Assembly (NCBI GenBank): GCA_963921275.4
Contig: OZ001293.3
Coordinates: forward strand, 416,001 to 480,000
Direction: 5' to 3'
Source of the DNA: an uncultured Hormoscilla sp.
GTDB taxonomy: Bacteria > Cyanobacteriota > Cyanobacteriia > Cyanobacteriales > Desertifilaceae
DNA: 64,000 nucleotides
Every line of letters starts with the position of its first letter. The stretch's first letter is position 1. The notes beneath the pieces are model-generated. The model had not been told where the DNA came from, did not search any database, and was given only the letters and a program-made list of their open reading frames with translations. Positions 36,855 through 48,289 of the stretch are shown in pieces. The position numbers and the translations under genes were made by a program.

Positions 36855-37452
36855 TCAAGTATTGTTGATTCACGGTATCTTTAGAAAATTGGGCGTGTTT
36901 AATAAAATGTCAGCCTATCTCACTCAGGGGGGTGGGCAGGTTCACCGCTTTAATCTGCAACCGCATAATGCTACCTTGGAATTAGATCAATTGGCCCTTC
37001 AGGTGGCTGATTATGTGGATAGCAACTTTTCCCCAGATGAGAAGATAGATTTGCTGGGTTTGAGTATGAGGGGTTTGGTGACTCGCTATTACATGCAGCG
37101 CCTGGGAGGAATCGATCGCGTCGAGCGTTATATTACAATATCCGCACCCCATCATGGCACTTGGATGGCCTACTTGCTACCTTGCCGGGGCTGCGTGCAG
37201 ATGCGTCCGTCAAGTGCATTCTTGGAGGATCTGAATGGGGATATTGAGGTTTTGCAGCAGGTTAATTTTACTTCGATTTGGACTCCCTACGATTTTATCA
37301 TTGTACCGGAAAGGAGTTCGCAAATGCCCGTGGGCAAAAATGTCAAGCTGCCTGTATTTGCTCATGCTATGATGGTGAGAGATGCTCGGGCTCTGGAGGC
37401 TGTGGTAGAGGCCCTGGAAGCACCGGTACAGTTACCAGTTGCCCGTTTGTAG
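36844..37452 (+). CDS. Lipase/esterase paralogue (nucleophile elbow GLSMRG)
   Basis: Tandem paralogue of the upstream gene with the same motifs. Confidence 0.8.
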   Translation: MKRNQVLLIHGIFRKLGVFNKMSAYLTQGGGQVHRFNLQPHNATLELDQLALQVADYVDSNFSPDEKIDLLGLSMRGLVTRYYMQRLGGIDRVERYITISAPHHGTWMAYLLPCRGCVQMRPSSAFLEDLNGDIEVLQQVNFTSIWTPYDFIIVPERSSQMPVGKNVKLPVFAHAMMVRDARALEAVVEALEAPVQLPVARL

Positions 37453-37734
37453 TAAAGACTTTAGTCCTTTTTCTGTGGGAATGGTTTCACTCTTTTGCCC
37501 AGAAAACAGGTATATGGGAAAGAGATGGTTTCTTAATGATTGTATAACAGTTCTCTTTCTTAGTGTGATATGCTGTTGGGGAGATTGCTAGCCCTCCTGG
37601 CGTCGGGCCGCTGCGCTAGCGGGGGGTAACTCTATAAAAGCATAAGTTACTCGCTAGTCTCCCCCCCCTCGCTCCGGACAAATAGGCTATTGTGCTATAC
37701 CACATAAATTTGAGAAATGCTATATTTCGGACTT

Positions 37735-38100
37735 TCAACTTCAATGCAGCTGATGCTTCAGCTAGGGACTCTCGCCCTTGGGGAAATATTTTTGCCATAT
37801 TGGTAAATCCGTGAATCGCACTTTGATAGCGAGTAATCTTAACTGGCACCGCTGCTTGCCTCAGGCGATCGCCATAGGCTTCCGCTTCATCTCGCAGGGG
37901 GTCTAACTCAGCAGTGATTATCAATGCGGGGGGCAAGTTACTCATATTTTCTGCTAGCAAGGGAGAGGCATAAGGATTTTTTCCCTCAAGGGGTAGGTAG
38001 ATAGTGATTCCAGAACCAAACCATGATATCCGTAGTCAAAAGATAATCCTTACCATACTGTCGATAGGACTCGGTATCAAAGCCATACTGGGTGACTGGA
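37735..38100 (-). pseudogene. C-terminal fragment of an HSL-type esterase (alpha/beta hydrolase fold 3)
   Basis: PYASPLLAEN..LPPALIITAELDPLRDEAEAY..IHGF; 5' part lost next to an IS remnant. Confidence 0.75.
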
Positions 38101-38104
38101 TCGA

Positions 38105-39449
38105 ACAGCAAATAAATAAGTCCATGCATATGCTCATTGAGAGCGAGTCGTTTGTAAGAGGCAACTCTTGAAACTCAACTCGCTCGGTTGCTGGTTGCGC
38201 CGGTTGCAAAGCTGCAAGGCGCGAGATTCAAGGCCGTTTCGATATCTCTGCCAGAGCTCTTGTCCCAGGGGACATGGCTGCGCCACGCTACGCGGACGGC
38301 ACACAGGAGACATCGAGGCTAACATTGACATGGGAATCGAGTGCCAAAGAGTGAACGAGCCTGACAATCGGCCAGTCCGGTAAACTGACGCGCCGGAGCG
38401 AAAAATAAATTCAATCTGGAACCGGGCTTTGTAGCAGCGTGCTTAATATCTGTGGGTCAATGTCGGTGGTCGGTTGAAAACAACAGCACATAGCTACGCT
38501 TGCCCCCTTGCTCTTTGAGTAAATAGACCAGACGGATGCGTCGCTTGAGGCTCACAGACCACACAACAGCAGCTATATTGCTCAATGCCATAATCAATGG
38601 TATCAATGAACTCAAAGAGACTGGGATCGTTTAAATCGACTTTACTGCCGTAGCGTCGACGTCGCCCCCTGGCCTTTTGAGGACCAATGCACTCGAAATT
38701 TGAGGTTGGCATCGAGTGCGTAGTTTGCCAATGGTGTGCAGCCCCAATTGCACCACCGGTGGAAACCCACTTGTACAAGCTAATTGAAGCTATCGGTGAC
38801 CACTCCCGCGCACTCAAGTCGGGAAATAGTTCTGACAGTAAGCCAAATGCCCCAGATAAAAATCTATCCGGTTGCCTTGATACCCCTGGTGAGTCGGGTG
38901 CTTTAGAGGTCTGAGTGGGTCAATTCGGCCTCGGGAAGTTGCGCGGATAAAGTATCGCCAGTGTTCTGCTCAAGGTCTACAATCGCCACGAAAGACAACT
39001 CCAGACCCCTTTCAGGACGCTGGGTTTTGCCGTTATCAAACCAATCGGTGTCCGTGGGTGTGACGACCACTTTTTTAAAGGAAGGTGCAATCCACAACGG
39101 CAATCTGCTGGTTCACAGACCCTCGAACTTGTTCGATCAGCCTTTGGTTCAAGCATTCAAGGCCCTTATCTTGCTCTCTTGTGACGGCGGTAGGTGCGTT
39201 CAGACAAGTGGCTATAACGAGTTTGTGATTCGTATAGTTGACTTTGCCTTTAAACCACGAAAATAGTGGCGAACAAGGTCAGTAGAAACTGCCGTTGGGG
39301 TTTGTGGAAATTGCCAGCAGTCTCCAGCAGACCAGTTATAATCCTCTTGAGGCTATCCATCGGTGCGGTGAGTATGAAAGTTTACTACCGCAGTCTACAC
39401 GGTGGATAGCTTTCCTTCAAGCTCCCCTGAAAAACTGTCCGGAGTATTG
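38105..39449 (-). mobile_element. Degraded IS4-like element
   Basis: Terminus TGTCCGGAGTATTG ending at 39449; fragments NGKTQRPERGLELS..AIVDL, GRRRRYGSKV; homology to 10215-10990. Confidence 0.6.
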
Positions 39450-39455
39450 CCATAT

Positions 39456-40829
39456 CTATTCTTCCTTTGTCAAACCAGATCGCATACCTAATTGCTTGAG
39501 AATTTCAGTAGTGACAAAATTGCTTGAGTGCATCAGACCAGTCATTGTCGAATCGAATAGATAATCCCCAACAACGAACAAAAATGGATGATTTTTGGGT
39601 TCTGGTAAATGTCGCTCCTCTAAACTTTTAATCGGGCGACCGCCGGGTAAAGCGTTTATCGTTCCCACCCAACGATGCACCTGACCTTCTAAGAACTGTT
39701 TTTGACCGGATAGAAATGATTTTGGCAGGTTAGCAAGGGCTTTTTCAATAAGTTTGCTATCCTGAAAATTGTTCAGCATGAGGGCATCGTTTCCAGCTAA
39801 TAAGTAACTGAGAACGCCATATCCTCCCGCATTGTAACGAGAACTATCGTCATAGATGCAACAGCCCCCAAAAGCATCTGATGTGAAGTATGAATCTGCG
39901 ATCGTATCTTGCCAGAAACGGGATTCAAATAGCATTGATATCCGCAGATAGTGAGCGGGACGATCGTAATATTCGTAGTGTTTTTGTATGGCCATATTCA
40001 ATTGAGCTTCTCCCCATTCAATACTGGGAAACCAATAAATAGGTAAGGCGACAATAATTACGTCAAATTCTTGCAGTTCGATGGCTCGATCGCGACGATA
40101 GAAAACGCGATATGTGTCGCGGTCGCCTTTCTCGATCCGCACGACGGGAGAGTTGAGTTCGACCCCAGCAGAAATTTCTTTAGCGAGCACTTGAGCTAAA
40201 CGTTGGATTCCGCCTTCAATAGAGTACAACCGAACGTAGTTGGGATCGCTAATAAAAATGTTTTCCAAACCATAGAGACCGTTTGTTAAATGGGGTTCGG
40301 TGGCGAGATCGCTGCGAGAGAGAACCTTAAAGTAATGTCGGGCTTTCGCGTCGGGAATCTCGTCGAGTACGGATTGAAAAGAGCGTTTTGCCCAGATAAA
40401 ATCATTGTTGCGAGGCTCGTTTGGCTTGGCAAATTCAGTCGGACTTATAAGGGAGTAGATGCGCTCGTAAAAACGATCGATCGCCCCTCGCGTAGTTTCG
40501 CCTAAATAGCGGTTGATATCGGTGTTCGTCGTAATGAAGCTATCGCCGAATGCGATCGTTTTTCCTGACATGGGTATGACAGGTAAACCCAGTGTTTCGA
40601 TTAATTCTCGTAAGGGATCGAACCCGTTTTGGGAATAATCGTACAGTTCTGCTACACCGGCTTCAAAGAGGAGGGGAACCTTTTTAAATTGTTGGGAAAT
40701 AATTTTTCCTCCCAGGCGATCGCTCGCTTCAAATAGGGTGATTTCGAGAGAGTAGGAACTTTTCCGATCGAGTAAGTAGGCAGCCATCAGTCCTCCCGGG
40801 CCACCACCGATAATTGCAAATTTTTTCAT
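39456..40829 (-). CDS. FAD-dependent oxidoreductase (flavin amine oxidase family)
   Basis: AIIGGGPGGL, FEASDRLGGK, IEGGIQRL, VVGDYLF; intact 457 aa. Confidence 0.85.
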   Translation of the reverse strand: MKKFAIIGGGPGGLMAAYLLDRKSSYSLEITLFEASDRLGGKIISQQFKKVPLLFEAGVAELYDYSQNGFDPLRELIETLGLPVIPMSGKTIAFGDSFITTNTDINRYLGETTRGAIDRFYERIYSLISPTEFAKPNEPRNNDFIWAKRSFQSVLDEIPDAKARHYFKVLSRSDLATEPHLTNGLYGLENIFISDPNYVRLYSIEGGIQRLAQVLAKEISAGVELNSPVVRIEKGDRDTYRVFYRRDRAIELQEFDVIIVALPIYWFPSIEWGEAQLNMAIQKHYEYYDRPAHYLRISMLFESRFWQDTIADSYFTSDAFGGCCIYDDSSRYNAGGYGVLSYLLAGNDALMLNNFQDSKLIEKALANLPKSFLSGQKQFLEGQVHRWVGTINALPGGRPIKSLEERHLPEPKNHPFLFVVGDYLFDSTMTGLMHSSNFVTTEILKQLGMRSGLTKEE

Positions 40830-41215
40830 TTTTTCCTAGTGGATTTAGCTAGTTTTTCATTTTAGCAAGATATTTTAGTCTAGCATACATCGAGACCAAA
40901 GTCAACTTTGGGGAGCACGTAGGCAGCAGAGAATCGCGGTAAAAGTCAAGCCCCAAGCTAATGTAAAGCATCGAAACCCTTGCACCAATTGGCTTTCAAG
41001 ATTGTCAAGAATTATGTGAGTAATGGTAAACCCGAAAGAGATCTTTAGCTCTACAAATGTATTATGCAATGATTACAAATCTTAGGTAGCATCTTGAGTG
41101 CAAAACTGAACATATGACGAGGGTCGCGCCTACCACCAAATACGTATTACTTTAATGTTACTGGTGTAGTATGAAGGTGAGTCTCAAAACTGTCCGGACT
41201 ATTGTTCCATTATTC

Positions 41216-41647
41216 CTAAGTGCGATCGCCTATGGCGGTCAACTGGCGAGCGCCAAAAATCGCTTCAACATGACTATAATACTTGAACTCCATCAAATTA
41301 CCGAAGGGATCGGCTAAAAAGAAGGTACGATGTTCTGTCACCTGACCGGGAAAGCGGTGCTTTGGCTGCTCGTAGAATTGTAACTGCTGCTGTTGCGCTC
41401 TTTCCAGTAAAGCTTCCCAGTCCTCCGAAGCAGTGAAAATCAAGCCAAAATGTCTGGGATAAATTACCCGTTGAGGGGTCAGTGGTTCATATGTCATATG
41501 AGCGACAATTTGATGTCCGTACAAATTCATAATCACCGCCTGGTGGGTTTCCCGACCGACTTTACAGCCCAAGCCCTCGACATAGAATTCTTTGGTTTTG
41601 GCAATGTCCGTGACTGGGAAGGCAAGATGAAATAATACTGGGTTCAT
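41216..41647 (-). CDS. VOC/glyoxalase family protein
   Basis: FHLAFPV..FY..LGC..GRE, PRHFG, FFLADPFGNLMEFK. Confidence 0.88.
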   Translation of the reverse strand: MNPVLFHLAFPVTDIAKTKEFYVEGLGCKVGRETHQAVIMNLYGHQIVAHMTYEPLTPQRVIYPRHFGLIFTASEDWEALLERAQQQQLQFYEQPKHRFPGQVTEHRTFFLADPFGNLMEFKYYSHVEAIFGARQLTAIGDRT

Positions 41648-41694
41648 GGCTAATGGCTAATGGTAAAACATTCATCAGCGAATAGTTATTAATC

Positions 41695-42459
41695 ATGCTT
41701 GATACTATCTTTTCCCTCAATCCTTGGATCGTTGCCGTTGCATTAAACACAGTTTTACTAGCTATTGTCTGGTTTGCCCCGAAGAAATTGCTTACCCTAG
41801 CAGGCATCTTTCATGCTTGGGTGTTGGGAGTGCTGATCTGGGGGACTCTGGGTTGGCAAGGCTATGTCATCGTTGCTTTCTATTTTCTGGTAGGTTCTGG
41901 CGTCACCCGCATCGGCATGGCCGAAAAGGAAGCAGCGGGAATTGCTGAAAAACGTTCCGGCGCCAGAGGACCGGAAAATGTCTGGGGTTCGGCCCTGACT
42001 GCTGCTATCTGTGCTGTGGGAGTCCTGGTTGTAGACTTTCTTGGACAACCACAGGCTGCCGTGTCTTTACTATTATTAGCCTATGTGACCAGTTTCAGCA
42101 CTAAACTCTCCGACACCTGCGCCAGCGAGGTGGGAAAAGCCTACGGTCAGCGCACCTTTCTGATTACCACTTTACAGCCAGTGGCCCGGGGCACGGAAGG
42201 GGCTGTCAGTCTGGAAGGAACTTTGGCCGGAATAGTCGCTTCGGTGGCGATCGCCCTTTTGGGTTGGGGCGTCGGCCTGATTTCCTTGACAGGCGTGCTT
42301 TTATGTGTTATATCTGCTTTTATAGCCACCAACCTGGAGAGTCTGATCGGCGCTACCCTGCAATCGCGATTTACCTGGCTCACTAATGAGGTGGTAAATA
42401 TTCTCAATACCGCGATCGGGGCCTGCGTTGCTGTCTTGTTAGCCTTAGTGGTGTCCTGA
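41695..42459 (+). CDS. TIGR00297/DUF92 membrane protein
   Basis: GARGPENVWGS, KLSDTCASEVGK, GTEGAVSLEGT, ESLIGATLQ, NEVVN. Confidence 0.92.
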   Translation: MLDTIFSLNPWIVAVALNTVLLAIVWFAPKKLLTLAGIFHAWVLGVLIWGTLGWQGYVIVAFYFLVGSGVTRIGMAEKEAAGIAEKRSGARGPENVWGSALTAAICAVGVLVVDFLGQPQAAVSLLLLAYVTSFSTKLSDTCASEVGKAYGQRTFLITTLQPVARGTEGAVSLEGTLAGIVASVAIALLGWGVGLISLTGVLLCVISAFIATNLESLIGATLQSRFTWLTNEVVNILNTAIGACVAVLLALVVS

Positions 42460-42928
42460 TGGTAAGCAATCGCCCGCTCACTTGTCAGCGGTTATCAACC
42501 CACAACTAACAACTATCCATGGTTAATTGTTAAATTATTCTTACAATTTACCATCGTCAATTCGTAATTTATAATTGGAGAAAATCTAAAATTAAAGTTA
42601 AGTTTGGGGCGGATATCCTCGTACAACCTCCCCCGGATCGGTTGACAGATTCTCAGGGAAAAGAAGGAGCGATCGTCGCCTTTATCCATAGCTGAAAACT
42701 ATGTGTTTGCGAGATTTGGAGCTACTTGACTATTTTCGCTCCTGCCTTTGACGATCGAGACTAGAGAATGAGCAAAAGTCGTTTGCAGGCGATCGATTTT
42801 GTTACCTTTGATGCTGTTAGTCTCATTTAAAATCGATTATATTGTAATTGAGTTTGTGAGAAGGTAAACGATAGTTTTTTACCCAAACTATAGAATCTAA
42901 CAATCCTTCACTATTAGGAGCGAGATCG

Positions 42929-43357
42929 ATGAACGCAGCCGAACAGGTAAATAATTTTGAAGTTGCTAGCAAGGTTGCCGCTGTGGTGAATCTCTTTAAG
43001 TATGAGTTTCCCGATGTCAAAGTGGATTTAAAACCTTGGATGAACGACCCGGATACCAGAAAACATCTAGATCCAGATTCCATTGATATTGGCTTTCATT
43101 TTCCCGGGAGAAGCCGGTCATTCCAAAGCCGCAGTATCCTGATTCAGATTCGCTTCCATCAAGACCCCTTGGAGGGATACAGAAGGGTGATCGGGGTGGA
43201 AGCCGGTGGTTACGATCATCAAGGACAACAGTGGCGATTTTCCACCGTGGAGAATTGGCGGTTTGTGGGCGCTACCTCGCCGGTGCAGGAAGTAGCAGAT
43301 AAGTTAAAACAGTTTTGCCGCCAGACCTTTGAGCTGTTCAATGGCTCTGGCAAGTAA
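42929..43357 (+). CDS. Conserved hypothetical cyanobacterial protein
   Basis: MNAAEQ..KVAAVVNLF..DLKPW..DPDSIDIGFHFPG; GGAG upstream. Confidence 0.75.
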   Translation: MNAAEQVNNFEVASKVAAVVNLFKYEFPDVKVDLKPWMNDPDTRKHLDPDSIDIGFHFPGRSRSFQSRSILIQIRFHQDPLEGYRRVIGVEAGGYDHQGQQWRFSTVENWRFVGATSPVQEVADKLKQFCRQTFELFNGSGK

Positions 43358-43605
43358 TTATAGCACTCTTCCGAAGAGGGCAAGTAGTCTCCTGGGACTA
43401 CCTTACCACCCCTCAAAATTCTGCTATAATTCCGAAGGGTACAAAAAAGCCGTTGCACAATTAGGGGATGAGATGGATTGTTGATGAGAGATGGTTTTTA
43501 GGGATAAATATCTATGTATGACATATTTGGGGAGTTAGCAAAACGGGAGCATCTGATGCTGCGGACTCCGCAAAAATACTATATTTGAAGTGCGTTAATA
43601 TACTA

Positions 43606-44478
43606 GTGCGTGTCATCAATTAAGCCATATTACAGCTGCCGCGAGGTAGATGGCACCCAAGAAATTGCGAGCCGTTTTATCGTAGCGTGTCGCCAGAGCC
43701 CTGTATTGCTTGAGTTTTTGGAATAGATTTTCAATTAGATGCCGCCACTTGTACATTTCTTCATCGTATTCTCTGTGTTCTGTGCGGTTACTTTTTGGAG
43801 GAATGACAGCCATCCAATCCGCCTCTTTCAGGCGCTCGAGCACACGTTGTTCCGCATCATAGGCTTTATCTGCAAGCAGCGCGCCAATCTCACCGATTTT
43901 ATCCAATAGCACGTCAGCGCCTTTCCCGTCGTGGGCTTGGCCAGGGGTAAGATGAAATCCTGTGGGATTGCCTTGGGCAATCGCAAGTGGCATGAATCTT
44001 TGTCGATAGTCCCCCTTTACTACGGCCTATGGCTTGGGTTTCGCACGTATCTGAGGGTGTTTTTTTTTGCACCCGCACGCTCGTTGATGGGCACGCAGGA
44101 TGGTGGCATCAATCGCGGCGTATTCGTTATCGGCGTCTGAGGCCAAGACATCGAATACCTGCTTCCAAACTCCCTTTTCAGACCAACGGGTATGGCGGGT
44201 ATGAACAACCCGAAAATCCCCAAAACACTCCGGTAAATCCCGCCAGGGAATGCCAGCACGATATCGATATAACACGGCAGAACACGAATAATCTATTGTT
44301 CTTGGCTGTAGCGCCTGGGTCACCCTCTTTACCAGGTAAAAGGTGTTCGATCCGTTCCCACTGGTCGTCTCGCAAGCCATAGCGTCTCATATCATGCCCT
44401 CTTGATTGTTATTGCTGGATAAGGACTCCATACCGTATCCATCTATTTCTGTCAAGCAATTTGATTGATGACACACCC
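43606..44478 (-). mobile_element. IS5-family element, two-ORF transposase, disrupted
   Basis: TIRs GTGCGTGTCATCAAT / ATTGATGACACACCC flanked by [17 protein letters not shown].. and ADKAYD..IENLFQKLKQYRALATRYDK. Confidence 0.9.
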
Positions 44479-44926
44479 TAGGAGTACCCACCAGTTTTGG
44501 CAGGCATTATGGAATCAGGTGGACTTTCTCAAAGAAGTGATGATATCGAGCGCAGATATCGAACAGCGGGATACAGGTCTGAGCAAACCCAGGGGACAAG
44601 GTTTGGCGAACTTGGTCGATTGCATGTTGTCTGAGAGGACTGCGAATCCAGGGTAATCGCAGCTATTTTGTATAAAATGTACTTGACAAAATGTTCGAGA
44701 ATGAGGGTGAGATCGAGGAATTGGTATCCTGGCTCTGAAAGCCTTTGGCAGTGAGCGTTTGGAAACTATTTTAGTAGAAATACTTATACTAAAAACGGCC
44801 GCAAGCCCTGTAAGCATCTCAAAAATAAGCGTTTGCCCATCGGTGAGATTGAGTATAGACAATCTCACCAACTTCTTGTCAACTGATCTCGAGCAGAGTA
44901 GGGACACTTGAGTAAAGTCAAAAATT

Positions 44927-46178
44927 ATGTCAAAAGGATTTGGATATGTTAGTAAACCCCTTCCTTTCAACAAGCTAAAAAATTTAAAAAAGAGCGTACT
45001 AAAAGAGTTTGAAGCATTAGATGACCCCAGAGTTAAACGCCAAGCATTTACTGATTGATATAGTGACCCGGAGCGATACTGGCAATTTTATGTGGCGCTG
45101 ACAACATAGTGGCCATAGAGACCTATGGCAAACGCTTCCCAGAAGTGGTTAGAGACCTTTGCGCGAGTTGCCTCACGGTATCCCTTCTCACGATACTTTT
45201 TCCAGGGTCTTGGCCATGGGAGACCCGCAGCAATTGCACGAGTGTTTTTTGGCTTGGAGCAAGCATTTGAGTTCCAAACTCGATATCAATGTGATCAGTA
45301 TCGATGGTAAAACTGCACGGGGTTCTTATGACCGGGAGAAGGGATTGAAAGCCTTGCATACCGTTAGTGCCTGGGCCGCTGTGTCCCCCGGTGCTGGGTC
45401 TCCTGGGAGCGCTAAAAGCACTACCCAGGAGACCCAGGGCGCTACTCGCACTACCCGAGGGACACAGCTGTGTTAGCTCAATAAATTGTCGCAAAGAAAT
45501 CGAATGAAATTACAGCTATTCCCGAGTTGCTGCAGCTAATAGATATAACTGGAGCGATCATCACCCTAGATGCTATGGGAACACCAAGAAAAATTGCCGT
45601 CCAAATAATTGACCAAAAGGGGGAATATATTCTTGCCCTCAAGGGCAATCAAGAGAATCTCTACAAAGAAGTGTCGGCATTTTTTCAACAGGTGCAAACC
45701 TTGGCAAGGGGTTGACTATAGTTATAGTGAGACTACAGGGACATCATCGTATTGAACATCGCGTTTGTATGGGCGGTATCCATAGACAAAATACTGAATT
45801 TAACAGTCGAAATGGAAGGGTTTGGCTACGGTGGTAATGGTAAAACGGCAAGGTCAACTGTGGAATAAGCGAACCACCGAAATATGTTTCTACATCAGGA
45901 GTCTACAAGCAGATGCCACTGTTTTGGCGAAAGCGATTCGCTCTCATTGGGGGGTTGAAAATAGTCTTCATTGGGTCTTAGATGTAACGTTTAAAGAAGA
46001 CTCGACGCAGATTAGAAGCGGAAATGGTCCTCAGAATATGGGACAATGGCGGCGATTATGTATCAATTTACTCGAAGCAAGCAGCCTTCAAAACAGAGTA
46101 TTGCAATGAAATCATCATACGCTGCACTAGATAATGACTATGCGCTTAAAGTTCTCTTGGGACATGAGGCTGCATAAA
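44927..46178 (+). mobile_element. ISAs1-family transposase pseudogene
   Basis: [60 protein letters not shown]; many frameshifts. Confidence 0.88.
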
Positions 46179-46544
46179 ATCTGTGGAATTACTATTGTCA
46201 ACATAAAAAAATATCAAGTCCCAAATTATTATCAAACCTATGAGTTCACATATAACTAGAGCAATAGCTAGTTTTTCTGGCAGAATTCATCCTGTTTTCA
46301 GGCACCCATCATGTTTTGATAATGCTGAAAATTGACTCTGAAATCTGGGTATTAAAAGAGGCCTTGCAGAATTTTTTGTTTGAGTTCAAGGACTTGTACG
46401 GTTATCTGCCGGTCCCCTATGGCCAGAGTCGGGCGATCGAGGGTGAGAGTTTTTCCCAAAAAGAAGTCACCAGACCTATAATCAAGATAGTTTTCACGAG
46501 GTCTGGTGTTATGGAAATTAAAAATCGTCTTGAGCTTACTCAAA

Positions 46545-47387
46545 TTTTTGGCTAAGTGGATGATTTTTGCCAAAATGAGAGAATACTACTGGCAGCAGCA
46601 ACCGCTGTTGACTTCAATAACCGGGCTCGGTGAAAAATTATGCCGTTCAAGAATGAGTTTGAGGGAAATGATGACCATTGCAATTGCTTTTATAGGTTGC
46701 TGGCTTTAGAAATTTAGGTGAGTTTTATACTCTACAAGTAATCCCCCACTGGCGTAAGGCAATCCCTGTATCTGGTCAGTTATAATCCTTTTGTAGATGC
46801 CTTAGTCATTAATGTTGTTGTGTTGTTTTTGACAGACTATAAGGGGTCAAATTACCGGTATTAGTTTCGTTGATTCGACTCCAATTGAAGTCTGTCATCC
46901 CTGCCATTCCAAATCTCATAAGGTATTTGAGGGTTTAGTTGGTTGGGAAAAAAATTCTCTGGGCGATATCACTTGACAGCCATGAGATCCTATGGTATCA
47001 TGGCTGTCAAGTGATATCGGGATGGCACTAAGGAAACAAAGCTGCATCTAATTATTAATGATCAAGGAGAACTGCTTGCATTTAAGCTCACACGGGCGCA
47101 ATGTTGACGAGCGCAAACTGGTGCCTGACTTAACCAAAGATATAATCGGTAAACTATTTGGAGAGCGTGGATATATTTCCCAAGAGTTATTTGAGAAATT
47201 ATAGGAGGGAGGTTTAGCAACTGTAAACCAGTCCGTGTCTCCTATGCATGTGCGATCGCCCAGGCCCACGTGCAGGGCATGTAGCGCGCTGCCGAAACGT
47301 GGGTAGTGCTCAACCGCGCTCCCACGTTTCGGCAGCACCAGGAGACACCGAAGCAAGAAAAATATGAAACAGAAATTAATTAAGTTA
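46545..47387 (+). mobile_element. IS982-family transposase pseudogene, truncated by IS5
   Basis: MMTIAIAF, GISFVDSTPIEVCH, LIINDQGELLAFKLT, GKLFGERGYISQ..KNMK. Confidence 0.8.
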
Positions 47388-48282
47388 GGGCGTGTCATCA
47401 GTTAAGCCAAACAACAGTAGCAGCCAGGTAGATAGCACCCAAGAAATTCTGAGCCCTCTTATCGTAACGGGTGGCAATGGCTCGATATTGCTTGAGTTTG
47501 GCAAAAAAATTCTCAATCAAATGACGTGCTTTGTATAGATATTTGTCATAACGGCGTTGTTCTTTTCGATTGGATTTAGGCGGAATCACAGGTTCGCATT
47601 GCTGGGCTTCAAGACGTTTCAAAACCCGTTCGTCAGCATCAGAAGCTTTGTCTGCGAGTAACGCATCAGCCTTAATATTATCAAGTAACACATCAGCCCC
47701 TTCCAAATCGTGAGCTTGACCGGCTGTTAAATGAAAACCCGTTGGGTTCCCCAATGCGTCACAGGTCGCGTGAATTTTGGTACTCAAACCCCCTTTACGG
47801 CGTCCGATGGCTTGGTCGCAATCTTTTTTTTGAGCACCTGCACTATGTTGATGAGCCCTTTATATCGTGGCATCAATCATCGCATATTCGTTATCGGCAT
47901 CGGACGCAAGTACCTTGAATACTCTTTCCCATACCCCGGATTTTGACCACCTACTATGGCGCGTATGAATTACCCTCAAGTCCCCAAATCGCTCGGGTAA
48001 GTCCCGCCAAGGTATCCCAGCTCTATATCGATACAAGACAGCATAGACAAATAAGCGGTTATCCTTAGCTGTCCCCCCCACATAACCCTCCCGACCTGGC
48101 AATAGGTCCCTGATTCTCTCCCACTGGTCATCTCTTAAAGCATAGCGACGCATTTCTCAAATTCTCCTGCTCTAACCTTTACCCTCTTAGATCACACCAA
48201 TATATCCTGGTTGTCAACTCAATCATCTTGTTATATATTTTTGGTGGGAACCCATATCGTTAATCTAACTGATGACACGCCC
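47388..48282 (-). mobile_element. IS5-family element (second, diverged copy)
   Basis: TIRs GGGCGTGTCATCAGTT / AACTGATGACACGCCC flanked by TA; ORFs 47860..48153 and 47398..47787. Confidence 0.92.
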
Positions 48283-48289
48283 TAGAGTT

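Noticed and set aside
48272..48289. Longer icd start MTRPRV
   Set aside because: Derived from the IS5 terminal repeat; the likely native start is MYEK at 48290
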